NCBI GenBank assembly: GCA_965279035.1
Contig: OZ257142.1
Coordinates: forward strand, 352,001 to 416,000
Source of the DNA: Bacteroidia bacterium
Lineage (GTDB): Bacteria > Bacteroidota > Bacteroidia > M30B66
DNA: 64,000 nt
Direction of reading: 5' to 3'
Shown: positions 31,705 to 40,653 of the stretch, piece by piece
How the letters are laid out: each line of letters opens with the position of its first letter
Numbering within the stretch: position 1 is the first letter of the stretch
Program-made: the position numbers and the translations under genes
Notes under the pieces: model-generated
What the model was told of the DNA's origin: nothing
What the model saw: only the letters and a program-made list of their open reading frames with translations
Databases searched by the model: none

Positions 31705-33573
31705 ATGTTCAGTAAGTACGATGTAATTGTGGTTGGGGCTGGACATGCAGGATGTGAAGCTGCTGCTTCTGCAGCCAATTTAGGCAGCAAGGTTTTGTTG
31801 ATCACCATGAACATGGCTACTATTGGCCAAATGTCTTGTAATCCAGCTATGGGCGGAATTGCAAAAGGACAAATTGTTCGTGAAATTGATGCGCTCGGTG
31901 GCTATAGTGGCATTGTCTCAGATCGTTCAGCCATTCAATTTAAAATGCTCAATCTTTCAAAGGGCCCTGCTATGTGGAGCCCGCGCACCCAGAATGACCG
32001 TATGCGTTTTGCTGAGGAGTGGAGATTGATGTTAGAGCAAACTCGGAACGTTGATTTTTTTCAAGACATGGTTTCGGCATTGCTAATTGAAAACGGATCT
32101 GTTGTCGGTGTTAGAACGGGTTTGGGACTAGAGTTTAAATCAAAAGCCGTTGTTCTAACAAACGGGACTTTCCTAAATGGGTTAATTCATATTGGTGATA
32201 AAAATTTTGGTGGCGGAAGAGCTGCTGAAAAGGCTGCCACCGGAATTACAGAACAACTCGTGAATTTGGGATTTAGAAGTGGAAGAATGAAAACGGGAAC
32301 ACCTCCTCGTGTGGATGGACGATCGTTAGATTATTCTAAAATGGAAATACAGCCGGGTGATGTTTCCCCTAAAAGATTTTCCTATACTGCTACACGACTT
32401 TTAGAAAAACAACTTCCTTGCTTTATGACTTATACGAGCAATGAAGTTCATGACATATTAAGAACTGGCTTTGATCGATCTCCTATGTTCTCTGGTCGAA
32501 TTCAAGGATTAGGCCCGCGATATTGCCCCTCTATTGAAGATAAAATAGATCGCTTTTCCGACAAAGATAAACATCAACTATTTGTTGAGCCTGAAGGATG
32601 GAATACTGTTGAAGTTTATGTAAATGGTTTCTCTACATCCTTACCTGAAGAAGTTCAATTTGATGCTTTAAGAAAAGTATCTGGATTTGAAAACGTAAAA
32701 GTTTTTCGTCCAGGTTATGCTATCGAATATGATTATTTCCCGCCCGAGCAGCTGCAATTAACACTTGAAACTAAATTAATTCAGAATCTTTATTTGGCAG
32801 GTCAAATTAATGGTACAACTGGATATGAAGAAGCCGCTGGTCAAGGTTTATTAGCTGGAATAAATGCACATTTAAAAATTCAAGAGAAGGATCCATTTAT
32901 TCTTAAACGATCAGAAGCATATATCGGTGTTTTGATTGATGATTTAGTAACGAAAGGAACAGAAGAGCCTTATCGAATGTTTACTTCTCGAGCTGAATAT
33001 CGAATATTATTACGTCAAGATAATGCAGATGTCAGGCTCACTCCTATTTCAAATTCACTTGGCTTAGCATCTGATGAAAGACTAAAACGGGTTGAAGAGA
33101 AACAGGCGTCTGTTCAAATTCTTGATAAGTATTTGGCTAATACGGGCGTAGATCCAGATGTGTTGAATAGTTATTTAGCAACAACTGGATCTCCCGATGT
33201 AAAGCAAAAAATAAAAATTGCCTCATTGGTTTCTCGGCCACAGGTAACATTGGATGGGTTAATTAATTTTATTCCCGAATTGAAAGAATTTGTAACTAAC
33301 AATAACTTAGATAATGAAGCAATTGAAGAAACTGAGATATTACTAAAGTATGACGGATATATCCATAAAGAACAAGAGGTGGCTAATAAACTTCTGAGAT
33401 TAGAACACATTGAGCTTCATGATACATTTGATTATAAATCGTTAAAATCACTTTCTTCTGAAGCAAGAGAAAAACTATCTCTAATAAAACCAAGAAGTAT
33501 AGGACAAGCATCTCGAATTAGTGGTATTTCTCCTTCAGATATTTCGGTATTGATGGTATACCTTGGTCGTTAA
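31705..33573 (+). CDS. mnmG: tRNA uridine-5-carboxymethylaminomethyl(34) synthesis enzyme MnmG (GidA)
   Basis: [66 protein letters not shown]. Confidence 0.99.
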   Translation: MFSKYDVIVVGAGHAGCEAAASAANLGSKVLLITMNMATIGQMSCNPAMGGIAKGQIVREIDALGGYSGIVSDRSAIQFKMLNLSKGPAMWSPRTQNDRMRFAEEWRLMLEQTRNVDFFQDMVSALLIENGSVVGVRTGLGLEFKSKAVVLTNGTFLNGLIHIGDKNFGGGRAAEKAATGITEQLVNLGFRSGRMKTGTPPRVDGRSLDYSKMEIQPGDVSPKRFSYTATRLLEKQLPCFMTYTSNEVHDILRTGFDRSPMFSGRIQGLGPRYCPSIEDKIDRFSDKDKHQLFVEPEGWNTVEVYVNGFSTSLPEEVQFDALRKVSGFENVKVFRPGYAIEYDYFPPEQLQLTLETKLIQNLYLAGQINGTTGYEEAAGQGLLAGINAHLKIQEKDPFILKRSEAYIGVLIDDLVTKGTEEPYRMFTSRAEYRILLRQDNADVRLTPISNSLGLASDERLKRVEEKQASVQILDKYLANTGVDPDVLNSYLATTGSPDVKQKIKIASLVSRPQVTLDGLINFIPELKEFVTNNNLDNEAIEETEILLKYDGYIHKEQEVANKLLRLEHIELHDTFDYKSLKSLSSEAREKLSLIKPRSIGQASRISGISPSDISVLMVYLGR

Positions 33574-33589
33574 ATTTTCACGTGGAACA
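33574..33589. other. parS: Second parS site
   Basis: ATTTTCACGTGGAACA (14/16 to the first site). It fills the 17-bp gap between the mnmG stop and the next ATG. Confidence 0.8.
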
Positions 33590-33590
33590 A

Positions 33591-34466
33591 ATGGAAGAAT
33601 TAAAGAATTGCCAACTTTGTGGAGGAAGTGTTTTTGAACAGCGTTTCAATTGTATTGATTATACCGTTTCCAAGGAATATTTTTCTATTGTTGAGTGTAA
33701 GGGTTGCGGTTTTGTATTTACGAATCCTCGTCCAAATGATTCTGATTTAGGAAAATATTATAAATCCGAAACATATATTTCTCACTCTGATTCATCTAAA
33801 GGAATTGTAAATAAGCTTTACAAACTTGTTCGTAAAGTAACACTTAAGCAAAAGCTTAAACAAATTCAGCCATATTTAGAAAACAACAAACTTTTAGATA
33901 TCGGATGTGGTACTGGAGCATTTCTTAATTATTGTAAACTATCTGGGGTTGATGTTTTGGGCATTGAACCAGATGAAGATGCTAGAAATTTTGGTAAAAG
34001 CCAATATTCTATAGATGTTCATCCAGAGTCTACTATGGTTGAACTAAATGCAGAATCCTTTTCTGTTATAACCATGTGGCATGTTTTAGAACATGTTGGA
34101 GATTTAAATAAAAGGGTAGATGAAATGAAGAGACTTTTAACACCCAATGGTCGAATCTTTATTGCAGTCCCCAATCATAAATCGGCTGATGCTCAGCATT
34201 ATAGAGAAAATTGGGCTGCTTATGATGTCCCTAGACACCTGCATCACTTTGACAACCAGAGTATTACAAGGCTATTTGGAAATCATGGGATGCATTTAGA
34301 AAACGTTTTACCCATGAAATTTGATTCATTTTATGTGTCTCTATTGAGTGAAGAAATAAAAACGGGAAAGCGGAATCTATTAAAAGGCATGTATCAAGGT
34401 TTAATCTCTAATTTGAAGGCAGAAAAAAACACTTGGTCTAGTCAGATTTACATACTCCGCAAATAA
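33591..34466 (+). CDS. Class I SAM-dependent methyltransferase with N-terminal Zn ribbon
   Basis: CQLCG...CKGCG, LLDIGCGTG, ITMWHVLEHV, YDVPRHL. ATG at 33591. Confidence 0.88.
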   Translation: MEELKNCQLCGGSVFEQRFNCIDYTVSKEYFSIVECKGCGFVFTNPRPNDSDLGKYYKSETYISHSDSSKGIVNKLYKLVRKVTLKQKLKQIQPYLENNKLLDIGCGTGAFLNYCKLSGVDVLGIEPDEDARNFGKSQYSIDVHPESTMVELNAESFSVITMWHVLEHVGDLNKRVDEMKRLLTPNGRIFIAVPNHKSADAQHYRENWAAYDVPRHLHHFDNQSITRLFGNHGMHLENVLPMKFDSFYVSLLSEEIKTGKRNLLKGMYQGLISNLKAEKNTWSSQIYILRK

Positions 34467-34685
34467 ACGGCCCATTGGCCACGTTAGGCGAGGCCGAGTG
34501 CTAGAATGGAACTTGATGCTGTAATTTTAAAAATAACGCAATAGCGCGCGACTGGCGAGGTTTAAAAACTGTCCTTACTGAAGGTTTTTTGTACTTGTTG
34601 AATGCAAAACACAAAAACAACAGAATAAGTATTGATTTTCATTTCAGAGGACTTTACTGTTTTGAAATATTGATAAGTGCTTAAA

Positions 34686-34726
34686 TAAAAAACCCGAAGG
34701 CCAAAAATTGGCCTTCGGGTTTTTTA
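34686..34726. terminator. Bidirectional intrinsic terminator at the end of the PUL
   Basis: Perfect 19-bp stem TAAAAAACCCGAAGGCCAA-aaa-TTGGCCTTCGGGTTTTTTA. Confidence 0.9.
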
Positions 34727-34767
34727 ATGATTATCGTTGAAATTTTATTTTAAATTAAAATTTAAGA

Positions 34768-35634
34768 TTAATTCCAACATGCCATATCAATTGTAAAATC
34801 CAAATCCACACGATCGTCTCCAGAAAGAAATACTTTCTTCATTACAACTCCTTTTAAAATATCTATTTTTTGACCGGGTGCTAAACCAAAAAACAGTTCC
34901 GGAATAAATGCTTTTTCAAAGCTTCCTCCACCTAAATCAGTCATTTCTAAATCGGGGTTATTTCCAACTTGGAAAAAGGTAGAGGGTTTAATTATAGTGC
35001 CATCAGTTAATGTTACTTCGAGATATATATAACAATTTCCTGGAGCAATATTTTGCATGGAGGTTTTTGTTTCACGTGTATTATCATATACAATTCTAAA
35101 AATATCATCTTGAATTGCAGCTGAAGGAAAACCATAAACAACCGGGCGAACTAAATTAGGAGGATTCACTTCAAATGTTAAATCAGTTGATTTACGATCA
35201 GGATCACCATAACCACCACCATCTTTTGGTTTAACTAGGAAATGGATATCTTCAGCATAAACTGTAGCGGCATCTACTTCATAAAACTCAGTAGGAACCA
35301 TAGTAAAGCTATAAATGTGATCCGCTTCTTTGGTCATTTTAAGTGTGTCATTACTGTTTTTCCAAGGAGCACCACCAAGTCCATTCGCTTTTGGCGATCC
35401 AGCAGGAAATTCGAATGGCTTCCAAGTCCAAATAAATAAGTCTAAACCAGCATCAGCATCAGCCATGAGATTTATAACATGATCCAGTGTTTGATCCAGC
35501 TGATCTAAGTTTACAATCAACTTAACTTGTTGAGATGGATCATTATATTCAGCTGGTTCAGATGTAACAACCTGCCCAAATGAGTTAAGAACTCCTGTCC
35601 CCAGAATATATAAAAAGAGAATTAGTTTTTTCAT
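34768..35634 (-). CDS. PUL-associated exported protein with two related beta-sandwich modules (probable glycan binding)
   Basis: Signal peptide ending SFG-Q. Modules begin VVTSEPAEY and VVYGFPSAA and each contains an L.MT..G/A...YS/FE....P.EFY/FF motif. Last gene of the susC/D run. Confidence 0.6.
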   Translation of the reverse strand: MKKLILFLYILGTGVLNSFGQVVTSEPAEYNDPSQQVKLIVNLDQLDQTLDHVINLMADADAGLDLFIWTWKPFEFPAGSPKANGLGGAPWKNSNDTLKMTKEADHIYSFTMVPTEFYEVDAATVYAEDIHFLVKPKDGGGYGDPDRKSTDLTFEVNPPNLVRPVVYGFPSAAIQDDIFRIVYDNTRETKTSMQNIAPGNCYIYLEVTLTDGTIIKPSTFFQVGNNPDLEMTDLGGGSFEKAFIPELFFGLAPGQKIDILKGVVMKKVFLSGDDRVDLDFTIDMACWN

Positions 35635-35640
35635 GACTGA

Positions 35641-36132
35641 TTATTGTTGAACACGAGTGAAAGAATATATATATCTCAAATAATTTGAGCCGCAAGAGTC
35701 GGTTCTATTGATGTTGAAACCAAAATTAACATCTATTTCTCTTGGCATGTTTGACAAAGGTGCAATGAGAGTATCTCCTTTTGAAGTATAGAAATACAAG
35801 GATGTTGGATATGGAGTAACATCATAAGCCCAAGTTCCGCCTGTTCCAAAAATCCGAGGAAGAAGTCCAGCCTGAACGATCGAATATGTATTGTTTTCTT
35901 TATCAAAACGAATGATCATTTTATTGCTGTCGTTTGAACTGAAAAACGAAGAAATATCTCTAGTTTCAGGAATCGGTTGTTTCAAATCAACTTGACTTAG
36001 TTTAGAAATTACCCAACTACCATAAATACCATCGCCAGCAGTATATTCTGGACCAATTTCTTTGATATCTGGTTTGCAGCTTGTGATTAGAAAAGCGATA
36101 GCAAAAAGACCAAGGAAGAATTTATTTTTCAT
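35641..36132 (-). CDS. PUL lipoprotein (DUF5004/lipocalin-like)
   Basis: Lipobox ITSC, IYGSWVISK, GGTWAYD..PYP, YIYSFTR; downstream of susD. Confidence 0.6.
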   Translation of the reverse strand: MKNKFFLGLFAIAFLITSCKPDIKEIGPEYTAGDGIYGSWVISKLSQVDLKQPIPETRDISSFFSSNDSNKMIIRFDKENNTYSIVQAGLLPRIFGTGGTWAYDVTPYPTSLYFYTSKGDTLIAPLSNMPREIDVNFGFNINRTDSCGSNYLRYIYSFTRVQQ

Positions 36133-36159
36133 GTTGTAATGTATCATTATGAATAGAAA

Positions 36160-37539
36160 TTATTGACAACCACCAATTGGATTTAAAACAAATCCGATTA
36201 CCGTGTTTTCAGCACCAGGAAATTGAAGAACCATTCCAGGACAATTCCAAGGGGCGTTTCTTGAAAACGAAGGGTTTCCGAGAGCTCCATAGCGTTTGAT
36301 TTGAATTGTTCTATCTCCTTCAAAGCATAATTCTTTTCTACGTTCATCACGAATTGACGCCAAAAGTTCAGTACCTGTGTATGATACGGATGGTAGACCG
36401 GCTCTATTTCTTATATCATTCAAATCGTTTTGAGCAGTAGAAACATCAGTTCCTAATGCGGCCAAAGCTTCGGCACGAGTTAATTTCATTTCTGTTAAAT
36501 GGAGAATTGGAATCCACATAAACGTACGATCGAATTTGGCAACACCAAATACTGCAGTTGTACCAGATCCAATTTGACGAAACCAATTTTTCCCACGTAA
36601 GTCAAGCGTATCTTCAATCATATAATTGTAAAATGCGGCATTGGCTCTCATGGTTGGGTTGGTATTGTTGTCGGAACGATAATTTAAAAAAGCACCACCA
36701 CGTTCATCAGTAATATTGTTCTGATTATAACTTACTGTTGCAAAAATTTGTTCTGAGTTTGCCCCCTGAGTAAACTTATTTACATCATTCAACAATGTAA
36801 ATTTATTACTATTAATCACCTCAGTCGCCTTTTCAGCAGCTAGTTGATATTGATTCATATCGAGATATACTCTTGCCAAAAGCGCTTTTGCAGACCATTT
36901 CGTGGCAAAAACACCATTGTCTTCTGGTAAATTTGTTTCTGCAAAACTTAAGTCTTCTATGATTGCATCAAAGCACTCTTTAACTGTTGAGCGTAATCCC
37001 GCCTCTTGAGAAAACTTCATTCTTAGAACGATTCCTAAATGCGAGTTGTCTGGAGTATAGCCAGCTGGTTGAGCAAATAATCGAAGAACAGCATGATGAC
37101 TTAAAGCCCTCAGAAAACGAGCTTCAGCTTCTAGTTGAGTTTTTTCAGAATCAGAAATATCAGACACATCATCTTTTTTATAAATAAGTTGATTTGCCCT
37201 ATAAATGGTGATGTAAGCATTTTGATATACAGGTCCAATCGTACCATTAAATATATCCGTTCGTCTTGAATAGACTTGAATATAATCATTTTGGTTAGCG
37301 GGAGAATCTATATTATCACCTAAGAGCTCAGATAAGTTTTGAATCTGTCCACCATAGAGATTTGCAATTACATCATAAGAAGAAACCAATAATCGCTTAA
37401 GGTCTTCTTTGGTTTTAACTGCTTCATCAGAAACAGCCTGAGTGTCTGTTTTCTCAGGATATTTATCTAAAAGGCCTTCTGAACAAGATTGTAGAGAAAA
37501 TGCCGCAATGACGAGTAAAAGGAATGATTTAATTTTCAT
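36160..37539 (-). CDS. susD: SusD/RagB family nutrient-binding lipoprotein
   Basis: Lipobox LQSC, YITIYRAN, EARFLRALSH, AKALLARVYL, LNDIRNRAGL, ERRKELCFEG. Confidence 0.93.
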   Translation of the reverse strand: MKIKSFLLLVIAAFSLQSCSEGLLDKYPEKTDTQAVSDEAVKTKEDLKRLLVSSYDVIANLYGGQIQNLSELLGDNIDSPANQNDYIQVYSRRTDIFNGTIGPVYQNAYITIYRANQLIYKKDDVSDISDSEKTQLEAEARFLRALSHHAVLRLFAQPAGYTPDNSHLGIVLRMKFSQEAGLRSTVKECFDAIIEDLSFAETNLPEDNGVFATKWSAKALLARVYLDMNQYQLAAEKATEVINSNKFTLLNDVNKFTQGANSEQIFATVSYNQNNITDERGGAFLNYRSDNNTNPTMRANAAFYNYMIEDTLDLRGKNWFRQIGSGTTAVFGVAKFDRTFMWIPILHLTEMKLTRAEALAALGTDVSTAQNDLNDIRNRAGLPSVSYTGTELLASIRDERRKELCFEGDRTIQIKRYGALGNPSFSRNAPWNCPGMVLQFPGAENTVIGFVLNPIGGCQ

Positions 37540-37552
37540 TTTGATCCAGTAT

Positions 37553-40500
37553 TTAGAACCCGATATCGAGTGAGAATGTGAATGTTTTCTGTTGAGGAGC
37601 CGTTAAATAAGTGATATTCGGACTCATGTTGCGATCCGTTGCATTTTCAAAATCCCTTGCAATTTCCGGATCTAAGCCTGGATATTTAGTAATGGTAAGT
37701 AGATTCGTTGCTTGCACAGAAATGCGGATTTTCGCCAATTTAGTTTTGCGTAAAACAGATTCTGGTAAGTTATAGCCTATTGCCAAGTTTTTCAATCGAG
37801 CAAAAGTACCGTCATGAAGCCACATATCTGTATTTATCCATGGAGTTCCAGATCCATAAGTAGATGGAGATGTTGTTAGAACAGGATAAAGTGCTTGGTC
37901 TCCTGGTTTTCTCCAACGATCAAATTGATCTGTTCTATGATTCCAACCATCTTGATCATAAGTTCCTAATTGGCGTTTTGAAGAAGAATCGTATATATCA
38001 CCACCGATAGTAAATACCCAAAACATGGTTAGATCGAATCTTCCAAAACTGAAATTATTTTTAATCCCACCAAATGCTTTCGGCATAATGCTACCTGTTG
38101 AAACACGATTTGAAGGGTCCCATACAGTTGTTTCATTCCCATCTTTATCTAAGTAAACCGGTTTACCTGTTGCTGCATCAATGTGACTAAAACGAACTAA
38201 AAAGTTGTTTCCAATCGGACGACCGACAACTAAACGAGTATCATTTGTTCCTCCAGAAATAGCATCTTCCGTATAATCTCCAAGGCTTGTCACTTCGTTA
38301 TGATTTCGAGCAATATTGAAATCAACTGACCATTTGAATTTCTTGTCAATTACTTTCGCTTTCAAAGCAAATTCAACACCTCTGTTTAAAATTTGACCTA
38401 CGTTAGCCCAAGCGTGTTGAAAACCAGTATTTGATTGAGTTGAAACAAACAAAAGCACATTGGACGATAGCTTATTATAGTAAGCAAACTCACCTGTAAT
38501 TCGATCTCCGAAAAGTCCAAATTCAACAGCAGCATCAATTGTTCTGGACTTCTCCCATGTTAAATTTGGATTAGCTGGTTTACTTGCATCCGGAAAGAGA
38601 ATTGGTTGCCCATTGTAAGCGTTCGGCTTCGTGTAGAAAATATTATACTGAGCATCCCAAGGAATGTTTGAATTTCCATTCACACCAATGGATGATTTCA
38701 CTTTCAAGAATGAAATGACTTTGCTGTTTTTAAGGAATTTTTCTTCAGAAATATTATAACCAATAGAAGCAGATGGGAAAAAACCATATTTATTGTTCTT
38801 TCCAAATTTGCTTGAACCGTCTCGACGACCAACTAATTCAGTAAAAATCTTTTTGTTATAATCGTAACGAATACGTCCAAATTGTGAAACGAAATTCCAA
38901 GACTCAAACGTTTGACTGCCATTTGCAACAGCTGCAGCGTCAACAACTGCAAGAAAACCGGTTGCCGTTTGTTCATTTTTAGTCCCTGCAAATTTCCGTG
39001 TATCTGAGTTTTGATATTCGGTACCAAGCATGAAGCTGAAGTTGTGTTTATCTTTAATTTTCTTCAAATAAGACACAACAGCATTCATGTTGTAATTGGC
39101 TACATCAAAACTATTTCTATATGCTTTACCTAATGTTGGATTGTTCGCATCGTATCCTGGTTTTTGATATTGATTTTCTTCCCAGAACATATAATCAATA
39201 GAAGTAGTCGCATTAAAATACAAATCTTTTAAGGGATTTAATTCCAATGCTAAACTATTAATAGTGCGACGTTCGGTTGTTTGCCAATCACGTAGCTCTC
39301 TCATAGCAACAGGATTTCTTCCAACGTCATTACTTGGTAAAAAATAATCTCCTTTTTTGTGGATTAATGCTCCATCATCATTGTAAACATCTTTATCATA
39401 GTATATTGGATAAATTGGAAGCGCAGTAGACATTGCTGCCCCTAATCCGCCACTCCAACCCATGCCTTGACGTTTATTTATACCCTCAGAAAGAGAACTT
39501 GAAAGCGAAACTTTTCCCCATTTCGCAAATTTATAATCACCATTCAGCCTTCCTGCAGTTCTTTGGTAAGCATTCCCTTTCATGTAGGATTGGTCGTTTT
39601 GATGAGAAATACCACCATACACATTGTACTTTTCAGCACCTTTAGAAATACCTAAGTCATAGTTTTGCTGATATCCTGTTCCAATTACTTCTTTTACCCA
39701 ATCGGTGTTTGTATTACGAGCGTCTGCAAGTGAAATACCTCCGGGAAGTGAAGGAGATCCAAGACGACCATCGTTTACCCAAGCTTCTTCATACATCTGA
39801 AGAAACTGTTTACTATTCATCATATTGGGTAATGCAGTTGGCTTACTAATACCTTGACGAGTAGAGAAATCCACGTGAATACCTTTTCTTTTTCCTCTTT
39901 TCGTGGTGATGAGGATTACCCCATTTGATCCACGTGAACCATAGATTCCTGTAGCGGCTGCATCTTTAAGAATCTCAACGTTTTCAATGTCATTGGGGTT
40001 GATGGTAGCCAAAGGATTATTGTTTGCCGCCCCATTGTTTCCATTTAAAAAATAGTCTTGCGTGATTGGAATTCCATCAACGACATACAATGGATCTCCA
40101 CCTGCAGAAACAGAAGCAACGCCACGAATACGAACAACCGAACTACTGCCGGCTGCACCAGAGCCCGTAATTACCTGTAATCCGGAAGCCTTTCCCTGAA
40201 GCCCATTTTCGAAACTTGGTGCAGGAACTTCCATGAGTTCCTTTCCTTCTAGTTTAACGATTGAGCTTATCAAGTCGCGCTTTCTTTGAACACCATATCC
40301 AACCACAACCACTTCGTTTAAGCTATTCGCATTGGGTTGAAGTGTAAGTTTTATATCAACGGGTTTTTCTTTTGAGACGGTAACATTCCGTGTCTCTTTT
40401 AAATAACCTACAAAAGAAATTTCTAAAACAGCCTTTCCAATGGGAAGATTACTTAATGTGAATCTACCATTGAGATCTGTAACCGTCCCTATGGTAGTTC

Positions 40501-40633
40501 CGGAAAGCCTAATTGCAGCTCCGATCATTGGTTGGCGGGTTTCGTCCAGGATTGTTCCCGTGACGGTTTGAGCAAATGCGGGCAAGCGCAAAAGGCACAA
40601 AAAGAGAATGGTGAATCGTAGAAATGTATTCAT
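37553..40633 (-). CDS. susC: SusC/RagA family TonB-dependent outer-membrane transporter
   Basis: NEVVVVGYG, PLYVVDGIP, EILKDAAATGIYGSRGSNGVILITTKRG, RDGSSKFG, NPNLTWE, C-terminal F. Confidence 0.96.
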   Translation of the reverse strand: MNTFLRFTILFLCLLRLPAFAQTVTGTILDETRQPMIGAAIRLSGTTIGTVTDLNGRFTLSNLPIGKAVLEISFVGYLKETRNVTVSKEKPVDIKLTLQPNANSLNEVVVVGYGVQRKRDLISSIVKLEGKELMEVPAPSFENGLQGKASGLQVITGSGAAGSSSVVRIRGVASVSAGGDPLYVVDGIPITQDYFLNGNNGAANNNPLATINPNDIENVEILKDAAATGIYGSRGSNGVILITTKRGKRKGIHVDFSTRQGISKPTALPNMMNSKQFLQMYEEAWVNDGRLGSPSLPGGISLADARNTNTDWVKEVIGTGYQQNYDLGISKGAEKYNVYGGISHQNDQSYMKGNAYQRTAGRLNGDYKFAKWGKVSLSSSLSEGINKRQGMGWSGGLGAAMSTALPIYPIYYDKDVYNDDGALIHKKGDYFLPSNDVGRNPVAMRELRDWQTTERRTINSLALELNPLKDLYFNATTSIDYMFWEENQYQKPGYDANNPTLGKAYRNSFDVANYNMNAVVSYLKKIKDKHNFSFMLGTEYQNSDTRKFAGTKNEQTATGFLAVVDAAAVANGSQTFESWNFVSQFGRIRYDYNKKIFTELVGRRDGSSKFGKNNKYGFFPSASIGYNISEEKFLKNSKVISFLKVKSSIGVNGNSNIPWDAQYNIFYTKPNAYNGQPILFPDASKPANPNLTWEKSRTIDAAVEFGLFGDRITGEFAYYNKLSSNVLLFVSTQSNTGFQHAWANVGQILNRGVEFALKAKVIDKKFKWSVDFNIARNHNEVTSLGDYTEDAISGGTNDTRLVVGRPIGNNFLVRFSHIDAATGKPVYLDKDGNETTVWDPSNRVSTGSIMPKAFGGIKNNFSFGRFDLTMFWVFTIGGDIYDSSSKRQLGTYDQDGWNHRTDQFDRWRKPGDQALYPVLTTSPSTYGSGTPWINTDMWLHDGTFARLKNLAIGYNLPESVLRKTKLAKIRISVQATNLLTITKYPGLDPEIARDFENATDRNMSPNITYLTAPQQKTFTFSLDIGF

Positions 40634-40653
40634 AGAATGGAACAATATGCAGA

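Noticed and set aside
33582-33590. GTG start for the methyltransferase
   Set aside because: The GTG is part of the parS palindrome. ATG 33591 is more plausible.
35068-35083. Further parS-like CACGTG cores (35068, about 28645, about 39870, about 40978)
   Set aside because: The best is 13/16 with a broken right arm, and all lie inside coding sequence, so chance is likely.
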